From Eledone cirrhosa (Eukaryota): a stretch of 64,000 bases of DNA. The position numbers were made by a program, and so were the translations under genes. Where the stretch lies: positions 255,440,001-255,504,000 of the forward strand of contig OZ024742.1 of the NCBI GenBank assembly GCA_964016885.1, given 5' to 3'. Numbering within the stretch: position 1 is the stretch's first letter; each line of letters starts with the position of its first letter. Of the stretch, positions 53,241 to 64,000 are shown piece by piece. Below the pieces are notes generated by a model, which worked only from the letters and a program-made list of their open reading frames with translations, was not told the origin of the DNA and made no database searches.

Positions 53241-53313
<73 letters not shown>

Positions 53314-53524
53314 GTTGTTGGTGAAGCCACACTTCTTATCGCCTCCAGTTTCTTTTCAACGTTTTACCTCGTTTTCAACCATTCTAAACCTTTTATTCAA
53401 GTTTTAAATTTGATAAAAGTTTAGAAGTGACCCACCTAATACAGGGGTTCATTCGTAAATAATATGTTACCCATTTACGGGGTGTCTTATTTGTGTAAAA
53501 ATATTAAAAAAAAAAAATTTCAAC

Positions 53525-55572
53525 ATGGATAACACAAGAAAGAGAGAGAGCGCTGTCAGACAACACAGAGAGAGGGAGACTTTATCAACATGTCAACAAG
53601 ACAGCGTTCCAGCGGAGGTAAATATAAACGAAAATATTACAAAGGAAAAGAAGATCGTTACAGATTTAAAATTACCAAATATTTCTAACACAAACAACAC
53701 CAACAATAACACCAACAACAACACCATCAATAACAACAGTAACAACAAAAATAACAGCGGTAAAGTCGAGAACGACAATAACAATAACAATAACAACAGC
53801 CACAACAACAATAATAGTAGGAACAGTATCAACAAAAACAACAATTATAACAACAGCCACAATAACAGTAACAACAGCAACAGTATCAACGAAAACAACA
53901 ACAACAACAACGACTGTACCAACGAAAACATCAACAATGACATCGATACATGTAACAGCGATCTCAGCACCACCAGTAACACCAGTAGCGGCAGCAATAG
54001 TGGTGCTGCTGAAAAAGGGACCACTTCTTTTGCAGGTGTCGCCCGAAATATCGAGACAGTGTTAGTCACAGAGGAGGAGATGGCATTCGCAAGGGCCATG
54101 GTGACAAGAAGCGCCAATAGAGTCTCCCTGAAACCTCCAGCCAATTTTTTCAAATACCAGCAGCTACGGACGGTGACTTACCGCACCGTAAGCAAAATCT
54201 CACATCGGGTGGAGAGAGCCACGGAGGCTCAAATCCCAAAGGCCTTGGGGTGCGTCTGGGCACGCAAAACCCAGATCACCCGAGGCAGAAAGTACGCCAC
54301 AGTAGACGTACTTTTCGCCACTCCTCAGGAATCAAAGTCTCACTCTTTGGAAACCCTAAAGAGTGAGGAGATAGTCTTGGTGCCCTCCTACTGCGGGCAG
54401 AAAATTGTGAGGGTCAAAGTGACCCAGGTCCCACCCGACGTGCCCATACCTTGGCTGGCCGTGTCTGTCCTTGCTGGAATCGAGGACAGGACGACCATGC
54501 TGCAAGTAGAGAAAATAGGGAGAAAGAACTGGTCAGGTATAGGCATGCAAATGCTTATACAAACTGACCAGGAATGTATCGACGCTATCCCCGATATCAT
54601 AGACATCGAGGAAGGACTCCAACTCCCTATAAGCGTAGAAGGAAGACGGCCAAAATGTTATCTCTGTGGGTCGAAGGGTCACCTCAGGGCCTTTTTCCCG
54701 CAGAAGACAGCGAAGACGAAGGCCCCTCTCCTTCCAATACCTCGTCCGCTGCTACCAAGAGCAGGGCAGGCAACAAACGCAGAAGCCCCTTCCAAGGTGA
54801 GTAGGAGGGCAACGTCCGTGGCACCCGTACCAAGGCTAAAAAAAACTAAAGCAGCAGCATCAGTGGCGGCAACACCAATAGCTACATTTGAAGTAGCTAC
54901 ACCAGCAACAAAATTGCCGAAGAGGGCTCCACTACCACCACCAATAGCAGTGTAGCACATACCCCTCCTAGACGCCACGGAATCCGACATGGAGTTTGAG
55001 GCGGGAGTGAAGTGGCAAACGGTCTGCCACAAAAAAACAAAAAACAAAAGACCCCTTAGATTCATCCTCCAAAAGCGAGGCACACAAAGAGGGGTAAAGG
55101 CAGCAAGGAAACTTGCAGAAACACCACCACCATCACCACCACAAGCACCACCGCCAACAACAACCACACCACCACCAGCACCACCAAAAACACCAACAAC
55201 GCAAACAATACCAAACACACACACCAAACAGCAACAAGAAGAAAACAGCAACAAAATCAGCCCTCCCCCCCAAAAAGTACACAACCATAAACATGGCAAA
55301 AAAAGAACTCATACAATATATAATGCAGCACACAGACATCACAGAAAAAAACTACTACACCCCACCAACACCAAGAACTTTCCCAACAAACATAAGCATC
55401 ATTGAAATCTCAATAGAACAGTACAAACATTTAAAACACAATTCCCCAACACAGTTGGAGACTTCAGAGGGTCGGTTACCAAGAGGATATACACTGACAT
55501 CCCCTTGGAAACACCCATGACCAGCCAAAGGGACGGTTCTACTGTCCCTTCACCAAACAATCAAGGTAAGTG
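53525..55572 (+). pseudogene. Tx1-like ORF1, disrupted after 54955
   Basis: Asn-rich N-terminus, SFAGVA, and CYLCGSKGHLRAFF (last Cys of the knuckle lost). Confidence 0.88.
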
Positions 55573-55605
55573 AACCATTCTCACTTGTCCCGTTTCTCAA
55601 CCAAC

Positions 55606-58600
55606 ATGGCCGTACTCAGAATAGGAAGTATAAATGCACGTGGCCTGGGGTCATCTTGGAAGAAGGGTCACGTGCTCAACGTCCTCAGGTCACTAAACAT
55701 AGATGTGGGGGCCATCAGTGAGACCAGAATCTCCGAAGCACAATCCTTCGCACCGATCTTCGGCGGCTACGATGTATACGCATCTCCCAGCCGTCCAGGA
55801 TCGGGGGGAGGGGTTGCCGTCCTTTTTCGGAGAGGCTTGGATCTCGCCATACGGGCCATCTTCCTAGACCCAGAAGGTAAGTCGGTGGTGCTGGACGTGA
55901 CCGACAGCGAAGGCAATGCTTTCAGGCTATTAGCCGTCTACGCCCTAACAGGAGCAGGACGGCCAGATTTCTTCAGACGTTTAGAGACCTTTCTTGGAAC
56001 GTGTTTAGTGTTAGTGGGCGACTGGAACGGTATCTTGGATGCACGCTGGGATTGTGTGGGGTTAGTGGATAGGACAGGAGGGTGCAAGATCCTCACCAAC
56101 CTGCTCAGACGTTTTGAACTGTCTGACAGGTATCGACTCGATCACCAGAATGTGAAGATGTGGACATGGACAAACCGCATCATGTCATCCAGATCGTATC
56201 TCGATAGGGTTTTCTGCAGAGAACTAGATAAGGCTAGTATAAGTTGTCCACAATTTAAAATTGTCGACAACACAGACCACACATTTGTGATCTGTGAGAT
56301 CGACATATACAGACTTCATAGACAGGGGCCCGGTTACTGGAAGCTGAACACCGTCTTTCCCGGCACGCAAAGCCTACAGAGACAGGATTAGCGTATTAGT
56401 TAAGCGGGCGTTGACGGGAGCAGTCATCAAAAACAAGTGGTGGTTCGCCCTGAAAAGGGCAATTAAAGTAGAGTCGATTAGGTTTAGCAAAGGACTAGTG
56501 ATAGAGGAAAATAGAGTAAAGGGAGAGCTAGTCAGAAAGCTAGAAGAGGCGTTTAGGACAGGCATCGTAACCGACGTGCTTGCGGTGAGATTGGCACTCG
56601 ACCAATTCTTCAACGCAAAACACGAAGGCTGCGTTGTCAGAGCTAGAGCGTGTGCTCTGAAATACGAGGGGACAAAAGCCGTCCAATGGGCCCAGGTGGA
56701 AGTGGCGCGACGTGGCAAAAAATCCACAATTCAGTCTTGTCTGACCAAAACGGGTGAGTGTTGCTCGAACCCGAGCAGAAGTGTGAAGCTTTTCACAGCA
56801 CTTTGCTGAACTGTTCGGGAGTAGCGGCGGCCCGGATCGGGGCATGGAATCCAGTGCATGCCTCGACGGACTGCTTCGGCTCTCGACGACCGCAGCAGAG
56901 TGTTGCGAAAAGCCAATAACAGCCGGTGAAATACGGGAAGCGATGGCTAATTGCACGAGGGGTAAATCACCAGGTTTGGATGGTCTGCCCTACGAGCTTT
57001 ATGCCTTTATACCAGACTTGTTCGGTGACCTCTTGGCAGACGTCTACTGCAACTGGCAGCAGAACGGGAGCATTTCCAGTTTTGTGAGATGGGGAGCGGC
57101 GGCGCTGCTGAGAAAAGACCCGAACAAGGGGTATGTTATCGATAATGTCAGGCCCATAACTCTGCTAAACGCAGAGTTCAAGATTTTGGCCAAGGTGTTA
57201 GCAACGAGGTTGGCGCTTGTCGTCAAGTGTCTGGTGGGAGAGGCGCAGACATGCGCCATTCCGGACAGATCCATACACGACAACCTCCACCTCCTGCGAT
57301 ACATCATAGAGAGGGTGGTTAAGGAACCTGTCACGGGTGGGGCCCTGATCAACTTGGATCAATCCAAAGCATTCGATATGGTCGACCATCGGTACCTGGC
57401 GGCGGTCCTTGAGGCAGCCGGTTTCGGGCCCGTTTTCAGGGGTTGGATCGCTGCGATGTAAAGCGACATCTGCTCATTTGTGAGGGTGAACGGTCACCTG
57501 TCGCAGATGTTCAGCATCATGCGCTCAGTCCGCCAGGGTTGTCCCCTCTCCTCCCTCTTGTACGTAATGGCTCTCGAGCCGTTACTGCACAAACTGGGGG
57601 CGATGAAGGGCGTCCCACGCGAACTAGGATGCGGGAAATACGAGTGGGCTTACGCCGACGATGTCACCGTGGTGGTGTCGAGCACCAGACACGTCCAGAT
57701 GCTAAGCACCGCTCTCAAGGAATACGAAGCGGTGACAGGAGCGAAGATAAACCAGGAAAAGTCGGTGGGCTTGCAGCTCGGCACCTGGAGAGGCAAGTAC
57801 ATGCCGTCCGACAGCGTCGTGGGGCGTTGGACGGACGGGCCGGTTAAATTGCTCGGGCTCTGGTTCGGACCGGACCTCCAGATGGAGAAAAACTGGAACG
57901 AGGTGACGAGCAAGGTGGCCTCCCTCACCCAGAAATGGGCCGAGAGGAAGCTGTCTCTGAAAGGTCGGGCGGAGGTGGCGAATGCGTACATCGCATCCGT
58001 CATCTGCTACCGCCACACCGTCGTCCCTTGCTCCGGCCCAACTCTCACCAAAATGGAGCGCCTCCTCTTCCGCTTTTTGTAGAAGGGACGCGCTCCCATG
58101 GTCAGACGATCCATTTGCTATTAACACCCGTTGCGTGGAGCACTGGGCATGCCATGGCTGATGATGCGCGAACATGCGCTGAGGCTGCGACATCTCTGGT
58201 GCTTCCTTGACGGTGAACAGGTGTGGTCACCATTCGCCAGGCACGTTTTCCCACAGCTCGTCTCCTTGACGAAGCTGCAGTCCTGGGTCAGAAAAAGACC
58301 GAGGGATAGCGCTTGGAAACTGGAATGTCTCCAGGCGCACACTGCCCTCTGCCAGCTGGGCACCAGTATCCGTGGAACATCCACCTAGGCGTTCTATAGA
58401 GGACTAGTTGAGGGGAAGAGGGACGACGTTCTCGGAGAGATCTTGGGCGTCGAAGAAGATTAGCTGTTTGCTCTCTTCCGGAGAACTTTCAGCCCAGGGC
58501 TTATGGATAACTTCCAAAAATCCCTGGCCTGGCAGTGGTACCGGAGAGCGCTGCCGCTTCGAGATAAGCTCTACAGGCACAGAAGTGCCGTCAGCCGAGC

Positions 58601-59018
58601 CTGTCCGAGATGCGCGCAGAGCGACGAAACCATCGTGCACGCACTCGTTCAGTGCCCGAGCATTGCTGACTTGTGGAGATATGTCGAACAGTTGCTGTCG
58701 CGTGTAGGACTGATCCGGTTATCGACTGAGTCCATTGTGCAGATGGTCTCGCCGTCTTCCTTCGAGGAGGAAGGGAAGGCGGTTTTCATCTGCCTGGTGG
58801 CTATGGCGAAAGAGATTGTGTGGTGGACAAGGTTGAAAGGGTTAAAGACAGACACTTTCCTCTTCGGCGAATCCCTAATTAACTTTTTCAAGTTTCACTT
58901 GAAGAGGAAAATCAGGGTGGAGAGGCAAGTGCTGCCTTCTAGCAAGTTTGTTGAAAGGTGGGTGAATGTAGCGAGAATGGTCCGAGTTAACGGGACCACT
59001 CTGAATATACGTCTGTAG
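55606..59018 (+). pseudogene. Tx1-like ORF2 pseudogene
   Basis: MAVLRIGSINARG, GDWN, DQSKAFD, RQGCPLS, YADD and CPRC..SDETIVHALVQC in broken frames. Confidence 0.93.
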
Positions 59019-59562
59019 TTTGAGAGGTGGAAACATTGAGAGAGGGCGCTAACCTGGTGGTCAGGGTGGCCGTGGTCTTTTGCGTGGTTTTCGCCACGAG
59101 TAACAATCGGAGGTTTACCCCCTATTGGGGAATTTTTCATTGTTTCAATTTTCATTTTTATTGTTTATATATATATATGTTTCTATGTCCTCTTTTTCTT
59201 TTCTTATATAAATAATAAAAATTTGTACACGCCCAAACCCACATTGTACCGTCCTGTACCGTACTGTGCCGTCTGTAATGTTTTTCTTGATGTCAGCCCT
59301 TGTGGCCAATAAAGAAATCATCATTATTATTATTATTATTATTATTGAATGCCATGGTTGACGGAGGCTCGGCTCTGTAAGGTATAGTAATTTTTAACCG
59401 TTAAAACAATTGTAAATTGTTTAAAACTTGAACCAAATTGTTGATAAAGACACCCTCCTCCTCGTGAGAGGGGTCTTTCTGTCCGTTATTTGGCCCTTCG
59501 GGGTTAAATAACCAGTTATTGGGGTTTTGTACCCAAAATTTCATTTTAAACAAAAAAACAAC

Positions 59563-61659
59563 ATGGCTACGAAAAAGAAATTTCATACGTCACTCCCACT
59601 CATTCCGTCTTCTTCTTCCTCAATCATCACTACAGCAGAGAGAAGATTGTCTCTCTCCCTCCCTTCTTTAAATGTGTCTCTCTCCCTCCCTTCTCTTTCA
59701 CAAGTGACGAAAGAAAAGAAAAGTCTCGTGCAAAGCGTGCAAGGTTTCTCCACGACGACGACGACAGCGACGAAACAGGTGTGCGGGAAATACGAAAACC
59801 CAGTTCATTCGTCTGACGTCAGGAATAATAGCAGTAGCAGCCGTAATAACAACAGCAACAGTGACAATGAAAACAACAGTAGCAGCCGCAACAGCATCAC
59901 CAGCAGCATAAACAACAACAGCATTAGCAGCAGCAACACCAACAACAACCACAGCAACAGCGGCGGAGGCAGTAGTCGTAGTACCTGCAGCAACAACAAA
60001 AGTACCAGCAGCTCTGACGACAACAACAACAGCAGAGAAAAACCAATCTCATTTGCAGGTATTGCGAAAAACTTGGAAACAATCCTCATAACAAATAAGG
60101 AATTAGAGGAAGCGAAGAAGATGGTGACAAAGAACGGACACCGAGCAATCTGCAAGGCAGCGGAAAAATTTTTCGAAACCCAAGAGCACTGTACGGTCAC
60201 GTACCGTACAGTAAGTACAAAATCCCGTAGGGTGGAAAGAGCCACAGAGGCCCAAATACAAAAAGCCTTGGGGTCTGTGTGGCAGCGGAAAACGCACATC
60301 ACCCGAGGCAAAAAATATGCCACCGTAGACGTACTTTTTGCCACACCCCAGGAGGCAAAGGCCCAATCAGTAGTGACTCTAAGGAGCGAGGAAATGGTGT
60401 TGGTGCCCTCCTACTGCGGGCAAAAAATTGTGAGGGTCAAACTGACCCACGTCCCCCCCGGAATGACCCCTTCTTGGCTGGCCGCGTCTGTCCTCGTCGG
60501 AATCGAGGACAAAACAACTGTACTGCAAGTACAGAAAAAAGTAAGAGAAGATTGGGTCGGCTCCTCCATTGAGATGCTAATCCAAACCAACCAGGAGTGC
60601 ATCGAAGCTATCCCGGATGTGATAGACTTCGATAACGGCACTCAACTGCCCATAAGTGTTGAGGGCAAACGCCCGAAATGCTTTCGCTGTGGATCGAAGA
60701 CTCACCTCAGGGCCTTCTGCAACGAGAAGACCCTGAGAAAGGAGAAAACCCCCCTCCTTCCGAATCCGGCTCCACGGCTACCAGCAACAGGACAAGCGGC
60801 AACCAGGAACGATAGGCCCGTGGCACCCATACCCACTCCACGGAAATCAAAAACAGCAGCAGCAGTGGAAATATTAACAACAACAACAGCAATACCAAAT
60901 GCAGCTGCAACAGAGACTCCAGTGCAAACATCACCAACAACAACAAGTGAAAGAGTGGAGCTGGTACCCCTCCCCGACCTCACAGAATCAGACATGGAGT
61001 GTGAGGTGGGAGAGGGATGGAAAAAGGTCGTAAGAAGGCACAAACGCAGAAGCAGCGCATCGTCGCCTTTGAAAAGGGAGGAAAGAAATGAGAAAAGGGT
61101 AAAGTCTACTGCAAAGAGACCCACAGCAGCAACAACACCAACACCATCACCACCCACACTAGCACCACCATCACCACCGGCGACAACCCCACCGCCAACA
61201 ACACCTTCAACACCACCACCACAAGCACCAACATCGCAAACACAACAACAAAACACACACACCCAGCAACAACGACAAGAAAATAGCAGAACCACACCCC
61301 ACCCCCAGCAAAACAAATGCACGGCAATAAATACACATAACAAGAAACTAATGACTTACATAATTGAACACACAGACATTTCACAACAGGACTACATAAT
61401 ACCAGCACCAATCAAAACGCCAACTAACATAAGACTGCTAAAAATAGCACAGAAACAATACACAAACATTAAAACGAAATTCCCCAACGCAGTTGGTGAT
61501 TTCAGGGACCTAGGAGGAACCATCAATCGAAGAGTATACTCAGACATTCTCTTAGAAGAGCCGACGACCAGCCGAAGGGACGATTCAACGGTCCCTTCAC
61601 CAGACGATCAAGTGAAAAGGGATGTAAAAACCATCCCTCCTCTACCAAAAGTACGGTAA
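59563..61659 (+). CDS. Tx1-like ORF1 (Asn/Ser-rich N-terminus, CCHC knuckle, Pro/Thr-rich region)
   Basis: First ATG at 59563 within the 710-codon ORF. SVEGKRPKCFRCGSKTHLRAFC. Confidence 0.9.
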   Translation: MATKKKFHTSLPLIPSSSSSIITTAERRLSLSLPSLNVSLSLPSLSQVTKEKKSLVQSVQGFSTTTTTATKQVCGKYENPVHSSDVRNNSSSSRNNNSNSDNENNSSSRNSITSSINNNSISSSNTNNNHSNSGGGSSRSTCSNNKSTSSSDDNNNSREKPISFAGIAKNLETILITNKELEEAKKMVTKNGHRAICKAAEKFFETQEHCTVTYRTVSTKSRRVERATEAQIQKALGSVWQRKTHITRGKKYATVDVLFATPQEAKAQSVVTLRSEEMVLVPSYCGQKIVRVKLTHVPPGMTPSWLAASVLVGIEDKTTVLQVQKKVREDWVGSSIEMLIQTNQECIEAIPDVIDFDNGTQLPISVEGKRPKCFRCGSKTHLRAFCNEKTLRKEKTPLLPNPAPRLPATGQAATRNDRPVAPIPTPRKSKTAAAVEILTTTTAIPNAAATETPVQTSPTTTSERVELVPLPDLTESDMECEVGEGWKKVVRRHKRRSSASSPLKREERNEKRVKSTAKRPTAATTPTPSPPTLAPPSPPATTPPPTTPSTPPPQAPTSQTQQQNTHTQQQRQENSRTTPHPQQNKCTAINTHNKKLMTYIIEHTDISQQDYIIPAPIKTPTNIRLLKIAQKQYTNIKTKFPNAVGDFRDLGGTINRRVYSDILLEEPTTSRRDDSTVPSPDDQVKRDVKTIPPLPKVR

Positions 61660-61708
61660 GTGGTCTTTCCCATCTTTTCCACTCTATTTTAAACATGACC
61701 TCACTCAG
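61656..61708 (+). other. Putative 53-nt GT-AG intron joining ORF1 and ORF2 in frame
   Basis: CG|GTAAGT, pyrimidine-rich with no AG after the donor, ending CTCAG|A. Both sites are phase 2. Confidence 0.5.
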
Positions 61709-64000
61709 AATAGGCAGCATAAATGCGCGTGGCTTGGGGTCGTCATGGAAGCAGGGTCACCTGCTCAACGACCTCAGGTCACTAAACATAGATGTAGTGG
61801 CCATCAGCGAGACCAGAATCTCCGAAGCACGGGCCTTCGCACCGATCTTCGGCGGCTACGATGTGTACGCATCTCCCAGCCGTCCTGGATCGGGTGGAGG
61901 AGTTGCTGTGCTTTTTCGGAGAGGTTTGGATCTCGCCATACGGGCCATCTTCCTGGACCCAGAGGGTAAGCTGGTGGTGCTGGACGTGACCAGCGGAGAC
62001 GGGCAAGCGTTCAGGCTAGTGGCCGTCTATGCCCCGACAGGAGCAGGGCGGCCTGATTTCTTCCGGCGTCTGGAGACCTTTCTTGGAACGTCCCGCTCTT
62101 TAGTGATAGTGGGCGACTGGAACGGGATCTTAGATGCACGCTGGGACTGTGTGGGATTAGCGGATAGGGGTGGAGGGTGCAAGAGCCTCACCAACCTGCT
62201 CAGGCGTTTTGAACTGTCTGACAGGTACCGATTGGATTTCCCGAATGTGCCAATGTGGACTTGGACAAACCGCATAGGGTCATCCAGATCATATCTAGAT
62301 AGAGTATTTTGTAGGGAAATAGATAGGTCTAGCATAGGCTGTCCACAATTCAAGATAGTCAGCTACACGGACCACAAATTCGTGACCTGTGTGCTTGACT
62401 TAGATAGGCTTCATAGACGAGGACCCGGCTACTGGAAGCTAAACGCGTCCTTACCAGCGCGCAAGGCCTACAGAGACCGGATTAGCGAACTAGTTAAGCG
62501 GGCGTTGACGGGGGCCATCGTCAACAACAAGTGGTGGTTTGCTCTGAAAAGAGCGATTAGAATAGAATCGATTAGGTTTAGTAAGGCTTTAGCAATAGAG
62601 AAAAATAGAGCAGAGGGAGAACTAGTTAGAAAATTAGACGAGGCGCTTAGCAAAGGCATTGCGACCGACGTGCTTGCGGCGAAATTGGCCCTTGACCAAT
62701 TCTTCAATGCAAAGCACGAAGGCTGCGTTGTCAGAGCTAGGGTGCGTGCTCTCAGACACGAGGGGACGAAAGCCGTTCAATGGGCCCGAGTGGCGGAGGC
62801 GCGTCGTGGCAACAAAGTCACGATCCGGTCTTTGGTGGACCACGACGGGCGCATGCTACTCGATCCCAGGCAAATGTGTGAAGCTTTTCAGCGACACTTC
62901 GCTCAGCTGTTCGGGGGCAGCGGGGGGCCGGGTAGAGGGATGGACTTTAGTGTCTACCTCGACGGACTGCCGCGGCTCTCGGCCACTGAGGCGAAGTGTT
63001 GCGAAAAGCCGATAACAGCCGCTGAAGTAAGGGAGGCAATGACTGGCTGCACAAGGGGTAAATCGCCTGGTTTGGATGGTCTGCCCTATGAACTTTACGT
63101 ACAGATGCCAGACTTGTTCGGAGGCCTCTTGGCGGACGTCTACTGCAACTGGCAACAGAACGGGAGAATTCCCAGTTCTGTGAGCCGAGGAGCGGTGGCA
63201 CTGCTGAGAAAGGATCCGAACAAGGGGGATAACATAGACAATTTCCGGCCCATAACTCTGCTAAACACAGAGTTCAAGATTTTGGCCAAGGTGCTAGCAA
63301 AGAGGTTGGCGCTTGTCGTTGGTGGTCTGGTGGGAGAGGCGCAGACATGCGCCATCCCCGACAGATCCATCCACGACAACCTCCACCTCATGCGATACAT
63401 CATAGAGAGGGTAGCTAAGGAACCTGGCACGGGTGGGTCCTTGATCAATTTAGATCAGTCGAAAGCTTTCGATAGGGTCGACCATCGTTACCTAGCGGCA
63501 GTCCTGAGGGCGGCTGGCTTTGGGCCCGTCTTCAGAGGCTGGATCGCTGCCATGCACAGCGACATCTGCTCTGTGGTGAGAGTGAACGGTCACCTGTCGG
63601 AACCGTTCAACATCATGCGCTCGGTCCGCCAAGGATGTCCCCTCTCGTCCCTCTTGTACGTATTGACTCTCGGGCCATTACTGCACAAACTGGAGACGTT
63701 GAGGGGAGTCCCGCGCGAACTAGGATGCGGAAGATCCGTGTCAGCATATGCGGACGATGTCACCGTAGTGGTGTCGAACGCCAAACATATCGAGGCGATC
63801 GGCACTACACTAAGAGAATACGAAGCGGTGACAGGAGCAATGATCAACCAGGAAAAGTCAGTGGGCCTGCAGCTCGGCACCTGGAGAGGCAGGTCCATGC
63901 CGTCCAACAGCGTCGTCGGGCGCTGGACGGACGGACCGGTTAAATTGCTAGGGGTCTGGTTCGGTCCGGACCTCCAGACGGACAAAAACTGGGACGAGGT
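61695..64000 (+). CDS. Tx1-like ORF2 (APE plus RT), partial
   Basis: MTSLRIGSINARG...GDWN...YLDR. YADD at 63747 is in frame with ATG 61695. Absence from the ORF track is consistent with no stop before the edge. Confidence 0.92.
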   Translation, partial: MTSLRIGSINARGLGSSWKQGHLLNDLRSLNIDVVAISETRISEARAFAPIFGGYDVYASPSRPGSGGGVAVLFRRGLDLAIRAIFLDPEGKLVVLDVTSGDGQAFRLVAVYAPTGAGRPDFFRRLETFLGTSRSLVIVGDWNGILDARWDCVGLADRGGGCKSLTNLLRRFELSDRYRLDFPNVPMWTWTNRIGSSRSYLDRVFCREIDRSSIGCPQFKIVSYTDHKFVTCVLDLDRLHRRGPGYWKLNASLPARKAYRDRISELVKRALTGAIVNNKWWFALKRAIRIESIRFSKALAIEKNRAEGELVRKLDEALSKGIATDVLAAKLALDQFFNAKHEGCVVRARVRALRHEGTKAVQWARVAEARRGNKVTIRSLVDHDGRMLLDPRQMCEAFQRHFAQLFGGSGGPGRGMDFSVYLDGLPRLSATEAKCCEKPITAAEVREAMTGCTRGKSPGLDGLPYELYVQMPDLFGGLLADVYCNWQQNGRIPSSVSRGAVALLRKDPNKGDNIDNFRPITLLNTEFKILAKVLAKRLALVVGGLVGEAQTCAIPDRSIHDNLHLMRYIIERVAKEPGTGGSLINLDQSKAFDRVDHRYLAAVLRAAGFGPVFRGWIAAMHSDICSVVRVNGHLSEPFNIMRSVRQGCPLSSLLYVLTLGPLLHKLETLRGVPRELGCGRSVSAYADDVTVVVSNAKHIEAIGTTLREYEAVTGAMINQEKSVGLQLGTWRGRSMPSNSVVGRWTDGPVKLLGVWFGPDLQTDKNWDE

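Larger units (their letters stand above)
48367..53246 (-). mobile_element. R4/Dong-like element copy B (intact ORF; 5' boundary uncertain)
   Basis: 3' end ...gactgagattcaagg followed by (TAA)n. The next (TAA)n tract upstream is at 53247. Confidence 0.8.
53312..59319 (+). mobile_element. Full-length Tx1-like element (copy 2), degraded, between (ATT)n tracts
   Basis: ORF1 starts at 53525. ORF2 runs ~55606-59018 with multiple stops and frameshifts. (ATT)n at 53247-53311 and 59322-59346. Confidence 0.95.
59347..64000 (+). mobile_element. Tx1-like element (copy 3), apparently intact, running off the window
   Basis: Starts right after (ATT)n. ORF1 is open and ORF2 appears open to the window edge. 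Confidence 0.95.

Overview
AT-rich eukaryotic DNA dense in microsatellites and transposons. The repeat content resembles a coleoid cephalopod (octopus-like), which is an inference. No host gene exon, rRNA, tRNA gene or CRISPR array is supportable, and nearly all short ORFs are microsatellite artefacts. Contents: (1) six L1/Tx1-like non-LTR retrotransposon copies, with the one at 59.3 kb onward apparently intact; (2) two tandem R4/Dong-like elements, one with an intact 1130-aa ORF, plus a Dong RT fragment; (3) three Penelope-like elements with inverted pseudo-LTRs and several minimal hammerhead ribozyme motifs, mostly in (TA)n; (4) an internally deleted RTE, a CRE-like fragment, a Helitron-like 3' end and many tRNA-derived SINEs. 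Most notable: a conserved 51-54 nt GT...AG intron-like spacer at the ORF1/ORF2 junction of four divergent Tx1-like copies, whose removal fuses ORF1 and ORF2 in frame in the two best-preserved copies. Also notable are a >20-kb polarised array of SINE, Tx1 and Dong elements joined through (ATT)n tracts, and a 3' tail shared between the SINE and the Tx1-like LINE. All calls come from reading the sequence by eye; element boundaries are approximate.
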